DNA of 64,000 bases, from NCBI GenBank assembly GCA_036274595.1, contig DASUFL010000056.1, positions 28,030 through 92,029 of the forward strand, written 5' to 3'. A model generated the notes under the pieces. It saw nothing but the letters and a program-made list of their open reading frames with translations. It had not been told where the DNA came from and did no database searches. Both the position numbers and the translations under genes were made by a program. Below, one piece after another: positions 19,164 to 27,681 of the stretch. Position 1 is the first letter of the stretch. Each line of letters opens with the position of its first letter. This stretch comes from Candidatus Eiseniibacteriota bacterium (GTDB lineage Bacteria; Eisenbacteria; RBG-16-71-46; SZUA-252).

Positions 19164-21158
19164 TCATGGATTCACCAGGAACTGATAGACGAGGACGGCC
19201 AGGAGCGTGAGCGCGATGTAGAGCACGTAGATCTGAACGCGTCCTTCCTGGATGCGCCGGAAGTGCCCGAGGCGCCGGCCCATCTCGTTCGCGATCGGCG
19301 TGACGACCCGCTCGCGGAAGGTGTCGGTCGTGGCGGTCGCGTGCGACGCCTGCGCGGGAAAGAGCCCCGTCGGCTTCAGGGACGAGATGCGCGTCCCCAG
19401 GACGGGGGCGAAGATCTCGAGAACAGGCTGCGCGAACGAGGAGCCGGTGTACTGCATGCGTGAAGTCGGGGCGGCGTAGCCGCAGCCCCACGTCGGAACG
19501 CGCGCGGGCCGCCGCCGCGCGAGAAGGGCCGCCCGGGTGGCGAGAGCCAAGAGCGTGAGAACGAGGAAAGCCGCGGCCACCGCGGCGATCCTCGCGAGGA
19601 TGGCGGCCGCGGTGTCCAGCTCGGCGGTGACGGCCGCCTTGGAGAGCGCTGATGCTGCATCGAGCTCCCCGATGGGCGCGGCCGTGGCGACGTAGGGCAC
19701 GGCCGGCGCGAGCGCGCGCAAGACCCAGGGCCCGCCGAGGCCGATCGCGAGGCAGAGCGCAGCCAGGATGGCCATCGGCGCGCGAAGGAGCGCGCCCGAC
19801 TCGTGGGCCTCGCGCGCGGCGGCGGTTCGTGCTTCCCCCAGGAACGCGATGCCGAACGCCCTCACGAAACAGACCGCGGCGAACCCGCCGATCAGGGCCA
19901 GCCCGGCAATGAGCACGAATCCGGACAGCGCGACCTGGCTCGACGAAACCGCCGCCGCGCGGAAGGGGCCCAGGAGGATCAGGAACTCTCCCAGGAACCC
20001 GTTGAGCGGCGGGAGCCCCGCGATCGCCATGGCGCCCGTCAGGAAGACCCCTCCGGTCCAGGGCATGCGACGGAGGAGTCCCCCGAGACCCTCGATCTCC
20101 CCCGTGCCCGTCCCATGGATCAAGGAGCCCGCGGCGAGGAAGAGGAGCCCCTTGAAGAGGGCGTGATTCAAAACGTGGAGGAGCGCTCCCGCGAACCCGA
20201 GCGCCGCGAGGAACGGCACATGGTGGGACACGCCGATCAGACCCACGCCCATGCCGCACGCGATGATGCCGATGTTCTCGATGCTGGAATATGCGAGCAG
20301 CCGCTTCAGCTCGCTCTGCGCGAGCGCGTAGAGCACCCCCAGGATCCCGGAGATCAGGCCGATGCCGAGGAGGAGCCAACCCCACCAGGGAGGCGGCGGT
20401 CCGAGGAGCGGAAGCGTGCGCAGGAGCCCGTAGATTCCCATCTTGATCATCACGCCCGACATCACCGCGGAGACATGCGCCGGCGCGGCGGGGTGCGCCT
20501 CCGGAAGCCACATGTGGAGCGGCATGAGCCCCGCCTTGGTGCCGAAGCCCACGAGGGCGAGCAGGAAGAGCGCGCCAGGCGCGAGGAGCGGCGGGGCGGC
20601 GCCCTGCTCGATCGGGCCGAAGTCGAGCGAGCTGGACGTCCCGGAGAGCGCGAGGAAGAAGACCATGAGGAAGGCGGTGCCGATGTGCATCGCGATGAGG
20701 TAGGTCCGCCCGGCGTGCCGCACCTCGCGCCGGCCGTGGTGCAGCGTCACGAGGAAATAGGACGCGAGGGTCATGCCCTCCCACGCGACCAGGAACAGGA
20801 TCCCGTTTCGCGCGACGACGACGAGCGCCATGCTGGCGATGAGAAGGTTGAACCAGAGCCACGCGGCGGTGCGGGCTCCGGCGTCGTGCCGGAGATAGCC
20901 TGCGCCGTAGATCGCGGCCAGAGCGGAGAGGCCAAAGACCAGCAGGAGGAAGAAGGCGGACAGCGGGTCGACCCCGACGCTGAAGGACGCGAGCGGGATG
21001 CTCCAGGGGAGCGTGAGCGACTCCGGCGTGGACCGGAGGAGCACTCGGAACGCCGGGATCAGGCCGAGCGCGCACCCTAAGACCGCGCCGGCGGAGCCAA
21101 CCCAGGCGGCGCGCCGTCCCCGGGAGAGCCATGACGACACGCCCGAGAGGACGAGCAC
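19164..21158 (-). CDS. NuoL/HyfB-like large antiporter-type membrane subunit
   Basis: 664 aa. …WLPEAHPAAPAHVSAVMSGVMIKMGIYGLLR… and …LLAYSSIENIGII… are complex I L/M/N-family motifs. GTG start at 21158. Confidence 0.8.
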   Translation of the reverse strand: MLVLSGVSSWLSRGRRAAWVGSAGAVLGCALGLIPAFRVLLRSTPESLTLPWSIPLASFSVGVDPLSAFFLLLVFGLSALAAIYGAGYLRHDAGARTAAWLWFNLLIASMALVVVARNGILFLVAWEGMTLASYFLVTLHHGRREVRHAGRTYLIAMHIGTAFLMVFFLALSGTSSSLDFGPIEQGAAPPLLAPGALFLLALVGFGTKAGLMPLHMWLPEAHPAAPAHVSAVMSGVMIKMGIYGLLRTLPLLGPPPPWWGWLLLGIGLISGILGVLYALAQSELKRLLAYSSIENIGIIACGMGVGLIGVSHHVPFLAALGFAGALLHVLNHALFKGLLFLAAGSLIHGTGTGEIEGLGGLLRRMPWTGGVFLTGAMAIAGLPPLNGFLGEFLILLGPFRAAAVSSSQVALSGFVLIAGLALIGGFAAVCFVRAFGIAFLGEARTAAAREAHESGALLRAPMAILAALCLAIGLGGPWVLRALAPAVPYVATAAPIGELDAASALSKAAVTAELDTAAAILARIAAVAAAFLVLTLLALATRAALLARRRPARVPTWGCGYAAPTSRMQYTGSSFAQPVLEIFAPVLGTRISSLKPTGLFPAQASHATATTDTFRERVVTPIANEMGRRLGHFRRIQEGRVQIYVLYIALTLLAVLVYQFLVNP

Positions 21159-21234
21159 TCCTACCGAGAGCAGAACGTAGGAAATCGGGCGAGCCCCTTG
21201 CCTAGTTCGTGATGTTCACGGATCGCCCGCTCAA

Positions 21235-21277
21235 CGAGACAAACGGGCCGGCCGCACGTTAGCAGCCGGCGGGCCCC
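21235..21277 (-). terminator. Imperfect GC-rich hairpin plus T-rich tail downstream of the CBM9/DUF5916-like gene
   Basis: On the minus strand, GGGCCCGCCGGC…GGCCGGCCC is followed by GTTTGTCTCG. Confidence 0.3.
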
Positions 21278-21293
21278 GATTCAAGCCCGGGCG

Positions 21294-23897
21294 TCAGATC
21301 GCGATCCAGTAGGTGACCTTGGCGAGGACCCGGTTCTCGGGCTCGTTGTGGAAGGCCTGGCCCCCGCCGATGTCGGGGCTGAAGTGGGTGCTGCCCATGT
21401 TGTACCGGTCTTCGTAGGTCGAGCGGCTCTGGGTCCAGACGAGGTAGAACGTGCTCCCCGGCCGGTACTCCCAGCGGTAGACCAGGTTCAGGTTGACCGC
21501 CGCGTAGCTGAAGTCCCAGTCGTTGACCGTGTAGCCGGGCTGCCCGGACTGCACGATCACGGGATCGGCGAACGGCAGGAAGTCGTAGCTGTCGGGGTGG
21601 ATCAGCTCGCGAACCCGCGTGTAGTCGCCCGTCGTGATGAAGGGCTGCGCGTAGATCTCCAGCGACTGGTTCCGGCTGAAGAGGACGTTGGACCGGAGCG
21701 TGATGTCGAACGTCTCCTGGTGGATGTCGCCGAAGATGTAGCTGGTCCCGCCGATCCCGCGCGCGTTCGGATAGTCGGCCGAATTCAGGTTCGCGAGCCA
21801 CTGGGTGTCGTCGATACGGCGGTCGAAGTTCAGCGAGATCGAGTGGTTGATCGAGCTCGACTGGTTCCACTTCACCGTGCCGGTGTAGTGGTTCCCGATG
21901 TTCTTGGCCGTGTCGACGAAGTAGTTGCCCTCGAGGGTCAGGACGAAGTTCTTCCTCGAGTCGCTCGAGATGCCCATCCAGCCGCCGTACGTGTGGGGCT
22001 CCCGGATCAGCGGGCCGCCTCTGGTTTCGTACCGGTGCGTTCCCTCCCCGTTGTACGAGAGCCCCATCCAGAACTCCCGGTAGTTGCGGAACTGGAGCCA
22101 CGTGCTCGTCTCGACGTGCGAGTACTGTGGGTGCGCGGCGCCGTACGACCACGCCGGCAGCCCCGTGTTGACGTCGTATCCGGTCCGCGCCGCGTAGATC
22201 CAGCTCCGATTCGCGTTCAGGTTGAACTCGCCCCGATTCCAGGTCTTGCTCTTCCCCTCGGGGTTGTACGGCTTGTAGAGGTAGACGCTCGTATTGATCT
22301 CGTCGGGGGACTCGAGGAAGCCCATGTCGTTGATCTGGAGCTTGTCCGACTCCCACCGTCCGCTGATCCCGCCCTGGAGCTTCCCACCGCGCTTGCGAAT
22401 GTCGAGCGCGCCTCCTGTGCCGTACGCCGGGGCGCCGGTGATCGTGGGATCGGACGTCGACGTCTCCGGGTCGATGATCGAGCCCACCATGGACCCTTGC
22501 ATGTTGAACTGGCGGTTCTTCGAGTTGAGATCGAAGTCGAACCCGCTCGTGTAGGCCTCGCGCGATCCCGCGTCGCCGTAGAGGTCGCGGCTCCCGGTGC
22601 GGAGCACCGCAGTCTGCATCAGGTTGAACCGGTTCCGTCCGCCCGTGAACTCCTTGCCGAAGCGCCCCACGAAGTAGCGCGTGAGCTGGCCGCCGTTCTT
22701 GAACAGGTTGTGCGCCTGCCCCTCCTGCGTGATGTCCGTGGAGGCGGCGAGGGCGGCGACCGAGACGCCGCCGAAGCTCTTGCCCGTCAGCTTGGCCGCG
22801 TAGCGGATGCGCGTGTTCTCGTCCCCCGTCCCGATGCGTCGCGAATAGAAGAGATTGAAGTCGGGATGCTGGAAGAAGCGGCTCCCCTCGATGAAGAAGG
22901 GCCGCTTCTCGTCGTAGAACGTCTCGAACGGCGAGAGATTGAGGACGGCCGGATCGGCTTCGACCTGGCCGAAATCGGGCTGCACGGTCGCGTTGAGCGA
23001 GAGGTCGGGGGTGATGCCGTACCGAACGTCCGCCCCCACGTTGCGGAACCCGTGCACGTCATCTCCCGACCCCTGGATGCTCGGATCCGTGGCGCTCTGG
23101 ACGAAGTAGGGAAGGAGCTCGATCTGGCGCGGCGAATGGACGCTCGCCAGCCCGGTCAGATTGCCCCACCGGCTCACCGTGCCGTGCTCCTTCCGATCCC
23201 AGATCACCCACCCGGTGTTCTCGCCCCGCCCCTGCATGTACCGATAGACCTGGAGCCCCCACGTCATCACGGGCTCGGTGCGATACTTGATCGCGGAGAA
23301 GGGAATGCGGATCTCGGCGTACCAGCCCCGCTCGTCGCGCGAGGTCTCCGCCTGCCAGACCGCGTCCCAGTCCACGTCGGTATCGCCGTCGTTGAAGATG
23401 TAGGCGTCCTGCTGGACGCCGGTCGCGCTGACCTTGAAGTTGTAGCCCGTCGTGTGGTCGTGATACGGGTCGATGAACACGCTCACGATGTCGCAGCCCG
23501 CGTCGCGATCGCGGCGTGAGAGCTTGGCGACGATCTTCGACGGATCCTTCTCGAGGCACGCGATCCCGAAGTAGACCGCGTCCTCGTCGTAGACCACCTT
23601 GAACACCGTCTGCTCCGACGGCTCGGCGCCGCGATCCGGGTCCCACTGGCGAAATCCGCGCGCCGCGGGGACGTCCTTCCAGGCTAACTCGTCGAGCTTG
23701 CCGTCGAGGTTCACGTTGCCGCTGCCGTTCAGGCGGTGCGCCGAGACCGTCGGGGCCGCGGCCCGACGCCCGTCCGAGCTGTCCGTGTCCGCCCCGCCCG
23801 GGATCGCGGGGTCGAAACCCTCGAAACCCTGAGCGGCGGGGGCGAAGAGGAGCGCCGCCGCGAGGCCGAGGAGGCCGGAAACTCGTTTGTGCCGCAT
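21294..23897 (-). CDS. Secreted/outer-membrane protein with N-terminal CBM9-like domain and DUF5916-like C-terminal region
   Basis: Signal peptide MRHKRVSGLLGLAAALLFAPAAQG. …KLDELAWKDVPAARGF…VYFGIACLE…FIDPYHDHTTGYNF is a CBM family-9-like pattern. The long C-terminal region is strand-rich and ends …VTYWIAI. SD AAGGAG lies 10 nt upstream of the ATG at 23897. Confidence 0.6.
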   Translation of the reverse strand: MRHKRVSGLLGLAAALLFAPAAQGFEGFDPAIPGGADTDSSDGRRAAAPTVSAHRLNGSGNVNLDGKLDELAWKDVPAARGFRQWDPDRGAEPSEQTVFKVVYDEDAVYFGIACLEKDPSKIVAKLSRRDRDAGCDIVSVFIDPYHDHTTGYNFKVSATGVQQDAYIFNDGDTDVDWDAVWQAETSRDERGWYAEIRIPFSAIKYRTEPVMTWGLQVYRYMQGRGENTGWVIWDRKEHGTVSRWGNLTGLASVHSPRQIELLPYFVQSATDPSIQGSGDDVHGFRNVGADVRYGITPDLSLNATVQPDFGQVEADPAVLNLSPFETFYDEKRPFFIEGSRFFQHPDFNLFYSRRIGTGDENTRIRYAAKLTGKSFGGVSVAALAASTDITQEGQAHNLFKNGGQLTRYFVGRFGKEFTGGRNRFNLMQTAVLRTGSRDLYGDAGSREAYTSGFDFDLNSKNRQFNMQGSMVGSIIDPETSTSDPTITGAPAYGTGGALDIRKRGGKLQGGISGRWESDKLQINDMGFLESPDEINTSVYLYKPYNPEGKSKTWNRGEFNLNANRSWIYAARTGYDVNTGLPAWSYGAAHPQYSHVETSTWLQFRNYREFWMGLSYNGEGTHRYETRGGPLIREPHTYGGWMGISSDSRKNFVLTLEGNYFVDTAKNIGNHYTGTVKWNQSSSINHSISLNFDRRIDDTQWLANLNSADYPNARGIGGTSYIFGDIHQETFDITLRSNVLFSRNQSLEIYAQPFITTGDYTRVRELIHPDSYDFLPFADPVIVQSGQPGYTVNDWDFSYAAVNLNLVYRWEYRPGSTFYLVWTQSRSTYEDRYNMGSTHFSPDIGGGQAFHNEPENRVLAKVTYWIAI

Positions 23898-24020
23898 AGG
23901 GATCGACTCCTTGGCGAAACGGGCTCGAAAGCGGGAACGCGCCGGAGGGAACGCTCACCTCGAGTACGTGGACCGGAATGTATTCGTTTCGACAGAGGGG
24001 AGGGGGAAAGCGTTGAAAGA

Positions 24021-25211
24021 CTAGCCCGAGGTTCCGTCCTCGGCCAGCGATTCCATGAGGAGCTGGTGGAAGTGGTGGACCCCCTGCTCCCGCTTGGGGG
24101 AATAGCGGCCCCGGTCGTAGAGCCTGGACCGAACGCCCTTCTGGACGCTCTCCACCACGGATTCGTCCTCGCGCTCCACGCGATCGAGCGCGGCCCCCGC
24201 GCCGCGGTCGAGCTTGGACGGATCCCACACGAAGGGGAGGAAGTGGACCTTGGTGCGGTCGACCGCGAGCGGGCGGACCACGTTGATCGAGATCCCCCAC
24301 GGATAGAAGTTGAACATCGTGTTCGGGAAGAGCCACCAGTAGTAGGCGCCGATCCGCTGACCATCGTCGGGATGACCCGCGGGGAGCTCGAACGCGTCCT
24401 CGCCGTCCGCGGCCACGCCGACCTGAAGGTTGGAGAGCGGGAAGACCTCGGTGCGGTAGCTCCCGTAGTCGAGCGCCCCCGCGAGTCCCGCGTGGACGAA
24501 GGGAATGTGGAAGCCTTCGAGGTAGTTGTCACAATAGAGCGCCCAGTTCGCGCGGACCACGTACTCGCGCGCGCGCGTGGCGTCGAACGACGATTCGCGA
24601 ATGGGAAGGAAGCCGCACCGCTCGCGCATCGGCTGGATGAGCTTGTCGAGCGTTGTGGCCGGGTCGAGGGAGGCGAAGATGAATCGCTCCCATTCCGCGT
24701 ACGGAACCTTGGGAAGGTTGTCCGCGGCGGATGGAAATCCCTCGGCGCCGTCGAACTCCGGCATCGACTGGAATGTCCCGTCGAGCGTGAACCGGCGCCC
24801 GTGGTACCGGCACCGAAGGACCTGGGCGACCGCGTCGCCTTCCGCGACCAGGTTGCCCCGGTGCGTGCAGACGTTGGAGAGGCAGTGGAGCTGGTCCTTG
24901 GAATCCCGGGTCAGGAGGAGCGGCTCGTCGAGGAACCCCTCGAGGAGCGTGACCGGATGGACCGCCCCCGGCACGCGCACCCGCTCGAGGTCGGCCACGA
25001 ACTGCCAGGAGCGCGCGAAGACACGCTCCCGGATCCGGTCGAACACGGCCGGGTCCGCGTAGAAGCGGGAGGGCAGGGTGTGGGCCCTGCGGATGTCGGA
25101 TTCTGCTTGGGTGGACGCGGGGTTCAGGGCTCTCTCCTCAGAGCGTTTCGGCGCGCTCCAGCCGGAAAACGAGTGCCATACTATAGATAAGTTTGCGGCC
25201 ACCCGCAGCAC
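24021..25211 (-). CDS. Rieske [2Fe-2S] non-heme-iron oxygenase (ring-hydroxylating dioxygenase alpha-subunit-like)
   Basis: The Rieske motif is CTHRG…(17)…CRYHG. The mononuclear-iron motif is DNYLEGFHIPFVHAG. The start is uncertain: GTG at 25211 has no SD, while the strong SD GAGGAGAGAG at 25131-25140 precedes an in-frame CTG at 25127. Confidence 0.75.
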   Translation of the reverse strand: MLRVAANLSIVWHSFSGWSAPKRSEERALNPASTQAESDIRRAHTLPSRFYADPAVFDRIRERVFARSWQFVADLERVRVPGAVHPVTLLEGFLDEPLLLTRDSKDQLHCLSNVCTHRGNLVAEGDAVAQVLRCRYHGRRFTLDGTFQSMPEFDGAEGFPSAADNLPKVPYAEWERFIFASLDPATTLDKLIQPMRERCGFLPIRESSFDATRAREYVVRANWALYCDNYLEGFHIPFVHAGLAGALDYGSYRTEVFPLSNLQVGVAADGEDAFELPAGHPDDGQRIGAYYWWLFPNTMFNFYPWGISINVVRPLAVDRTKVHFLPFVWDPSKLDRGAGAALDRVEREDESVVESVQKGVRSRLYDRGRYSPKREQGVHHFHQLLMESLAEDGTSG

Positions 25212-25300
25212 CCGCGATTGTCGCTCCGTGCACCTCCCTAAGTACCTTCCGCTGGTCCACTTTCGTCCCCGGTCATGGTCGCACGCCCTTCTGCCGATAC

Positions 25301-25310
25301 CTTGTATACT
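25301..25310 (+). promoter_or_regulatory. Candidate -10 element (TTGTATACT) upstream of fadE
   Basis: TATACT at 25305-25310 lies in a locally AT-richer divergent intergenic region, 53 nt before the fadE ATG. No good -35. Confidence 0.3.
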
Positions 25311-25362
25311 CGATAGCAGTTAGCGCCGTTTTCCAGGGACCGGAACAAGGGGTGATTCGAGC

Positions 25363-27639
25363 ATGGTTCTCCTCTATGTCCTGATCGCCATCGCGATCGT
25401 CTTCGCCGTGCCGCCCATCCGCCGCGCTCTCGTCACTCGCTGGGTCATGCCCATCCTGGCCGGGGCTCTCCCGAAGATGGGCGAAACAGAGCGCATCGCG
25501 CTCGAGGCGGGGACGGTCTGGTGGGACGCCGAGCTCTTCTCGGGCCGACCGCGCTGGAAGAAGCTCCTCGAGTTCAAGCCGAAGCCGCTCAGTCCCAAGG
25601 AGCGGGCGTTCCTCGACGGGCCGGTCGAGGAGCTGTGCCGCATGGTCCACGACTGGGACGTCCTCCAGAAGGGGGACCTCTCACCCGAGACCTGGGCCCA
25701 CCTCAAGAAGCATCGCTTCTTCGGCATGATCATCCCCGAGTCGTATGGCGGCCTCGGCTTCTCCGCGCTCGCGCACTCGGCGGTGATCACGAAGATCTCC
25801 AGCCGCAGCGTGACCGCCGCGGTCACGGCGATGGTGCCGAACTCGCTCGGGCCGGCCGAGCTCCTCCTCCATTACGGGACGGAAGCGCAGAAGAACCACT
25901 ATCTGCCACGCCTCGCGACGGCGGAGGAGATCCCGTGCTTCGCGCTCACCGAGCCGGGCGCGGGGAGCGACGCGACGGCGCAGCGGAGCGAGGGGGTCGT
26001 CTGCAAGGGGACGTTCGAGGGGCGCGAAGTCCTCGGCATGCGTCTCAACTGGAACAAGCGCTACATCACGCTGGCTCCGGCGGCCACGGTGCTCGGCCTC
26101 GCCTTCCGCCTTCGCGATCCCGACAAGCTGCTCGGCGGCAAGGAAGATCTCGGGATCACGTGCGCGCTCCTGCCGGCCCGTCTTCCGGGCGTGATGATCG
26201 GTGAGCGGCACGATCCGCTCGGCGTGCCGTTCCTGAACGGCCCCACGTTCGGCACCGACGTCTTCGCCCCGCTCGACTTCATCATCGGCGGCCCCGCGAA
26301 TGCGGGGAAGGGCTGGCGGATGCTCATGGACTGCCTCGCGGCGGGGCGAGGCATCTCGCTGCCGTCCCTCTCGGTGGGTGCCTCGGAGCTCGCGGCGCGC
26401 ACGACCAGCGCGTACGCGAACGTGCGCGAGCAGTTTGGCCTTCCGATCGGGCGCTTCGAGGGGATCGAGGAGCCGCTCGCGCGCATCGCGGGCTTGACGT
26501 ACATGCTGGACGCCGCGCGCAAGCTCACCGCCGGCGCCATCGACGCGGGCGAGAAGCCGGCCGTGATCTCCGCGATCGTGAAGCGCTACGCCACCGAGGG
26601 CATGCGCGCGGTCGTGAACGACGCGATGGACATCCAGGCGGGCGCGGCGATCAGCCGCGGGCCGCGCAACATCCTCTCGTCAGCGTATGCGTCGGTGCCG
26701 GTCGGGATCACGGTCGAGGGGGCGAACATCCTCACGCGGTCGCTCATCGTGTACGGCCAGGGTGCGATCCGCTGCCATCCGTACGTGCAGTCGGAGATGC
26801 GCGCCGTGGCGGAGAAGGATCTCGTCGCGTTCGATCGCGCGTTCTTCGGACACGTGGGGCACACGATCGGGACGGGATTCCGAGCCTTCGGGATGGCGAT
26901 CTTCGGCGGCGGCACGGGCGGCTCCGGTGTGAGCGGCCCCGCGGGGCCGATGTTCGGAAAGCTCTCGCGCTACGCCGCGGCCTTCGCGCTGGTCTCGGAC
27001 GCGGCCATGGTCACGCTGGGCGGCACGTTGAAGCGGCGCGAGCGGCTGAGCGGCCGGCTGGCCGATGCGCTCGCGTGGATGTACATCGCATCGGCGATGC
27101 TGAAGCGCTTCGTCGACGACGGCCAGCCAAAGCGCGACCTGCCGTACGCGCGCTGGGCGGCCGCGCATGCGTTCCATCAGATCGAGGTCGCGCTCACGGG
27201 CGTGCTCGAAAATCTCCCGAGCCGACCCGCCGCGTGGCTCCTCCGCCTTGTCGCGTTCCCGCTCGGAGCGCACGTGCGTCCCGTGCCCGATCGCGAAGTC
27301 GCGGCCGTCGCGCACAGCGTGCTGAGCGATGCCGAAGCGCGCGAGCACCTCACCGCCGACATCTTCGTTCCGCCGCCGGGCGAGCCGGGGCTGGGGGCGC
27401 TCGAGGCCGCCTACCGCCTGGCGATGGCCGCCGCGCCCGCCGAGAAGAAGCTCAAGGATGCGATCCGCGCGCGGAAGCTCAAGCCGCTCGACGGCTGCGC
27501 GCTCTTCGACGCCGGAGTCGAGGCGGGGCTGATCTCGGACGCCGAGCGCCGGCAGCTCTGCGAGGCGCTCAAGGCCCGCGAGGACGTGGTCCAGGTGGAC
27601 GCCTTCGGGGCGAAGGAGTACGCCGAGCAGAGGCGGTAA
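25363..27639 (+). CDS. fadE: Acyl-CoA dehydrogenase FadE (long, membrane-anchored type)
   Basis: Collinear similarity to E. coli FadE runs along the whole length. Shared segments include TWWDAELFSGRPRWKKL, FLDGPVEELCRM, NSLGPAELLLHYGTEAQKNHYLPRLA, IPCFALTEPGAGSDA, LGMRLNWNKRYITLAP, GEKPAVISAIVK, TVEGANILTRSLIVYGQGAIRCHPYV and LGGTLKRRERLSGRL. Confidence 0.9.
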   Translation: MVLLYVLIAIAIVFAVPPIRRALVTRWVMPILAGALPKMGETERIALEAGTVWWDAELFSGRPRWKKLLEFKPKPLSPKERAFLDGPVEELCRMVHDWDVLQKGDLSPETWAHLKKHRFFGMIIPESYGGLGFSALAHSAVITKISSRSVTAAVTAMVPNSLGPAELLLHYGTEAQKNHYLPRLATAEEIPCFALTEPGAGSDATAQRSEGVVCKGTFEGREVLGMRLNWNKRYITLAPAATVLGLAFRLRDPDKLLGGKEDLGITCALLPARLPGVMIGERHDPLGVPFLNGPTFGTDVFAPLDFIIGGPANAGKGWRMLMDCLAAGRGISLPSLSVGASELAARTTSAYANVREQFGLPIGRFEGIEEPLARIAGLTYMLDAARKLTAGAIDAGEKPAVISAIVKRYATEGMRAVVNDAMDIQAGAAISRGPRNILSSAYASVPVGITVEGANILTRSLIVYGQGAIRCHPYVQSEMRAVAEKDLVAFDRAFFGHVGHTIGTGFRAFGMAIFGGGTGGSGVSGPAGPMFGKLSRYAAAFALVSDAAMVTLGGTLKRRERLSGRLADALAWMYIASAMLKRFVDDGQPKRDLPYARWAAAHAFHQIEVALTGVLENLPSRPAAWLLRLVAFPLGAHVRPVPDREVAAVAHSVLSDAEAREHLTADIFVPPPGEPGLGALEAAYRLAMAAAPAEKKLKDAIRARKLKPLDGCALFDAGVEAGLISDAERRQLCEALKAREDVVQVDAFGAKEYAEQRR

Positions 27640-27681
27640 GCGCCCACGGCGCTGACACGGACACCGGCCGGGGCCCGACGT

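Noticed and set aside
21348-23519. 723-aa plus-strand ORF antisense to the CBM9/DUF5916-like gene
   Set aside because: It is a high-GC shadow ORF (Arg/Val/Ala-rich, no domain). The minus-strand frame has a signal peptide, an SD and family motifs. The same reasoning rejects 8017..9729(-), 11809..12753(-), 30525..32411(-), 35497..37077(-), 37162..38592(+), 39856..43044(+), 43049..44713(-), 44490..46574(+), 46787..48790(-), 48505..50508(-), 52533..54320(+), 54143..56014(+) and 56497..58893(+).
25212-25362. Possible FadR-type operator (CTGGTCCACTTTCG…GGTCATGGTC) in front of fadE
   Set aside because: It resembles the E. coli FadR half-site only loosely and is not palindromic. This lineage is unlikely to use a proteobacterial GntR-type FadR. 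Only the TATACT -10 box is retained.
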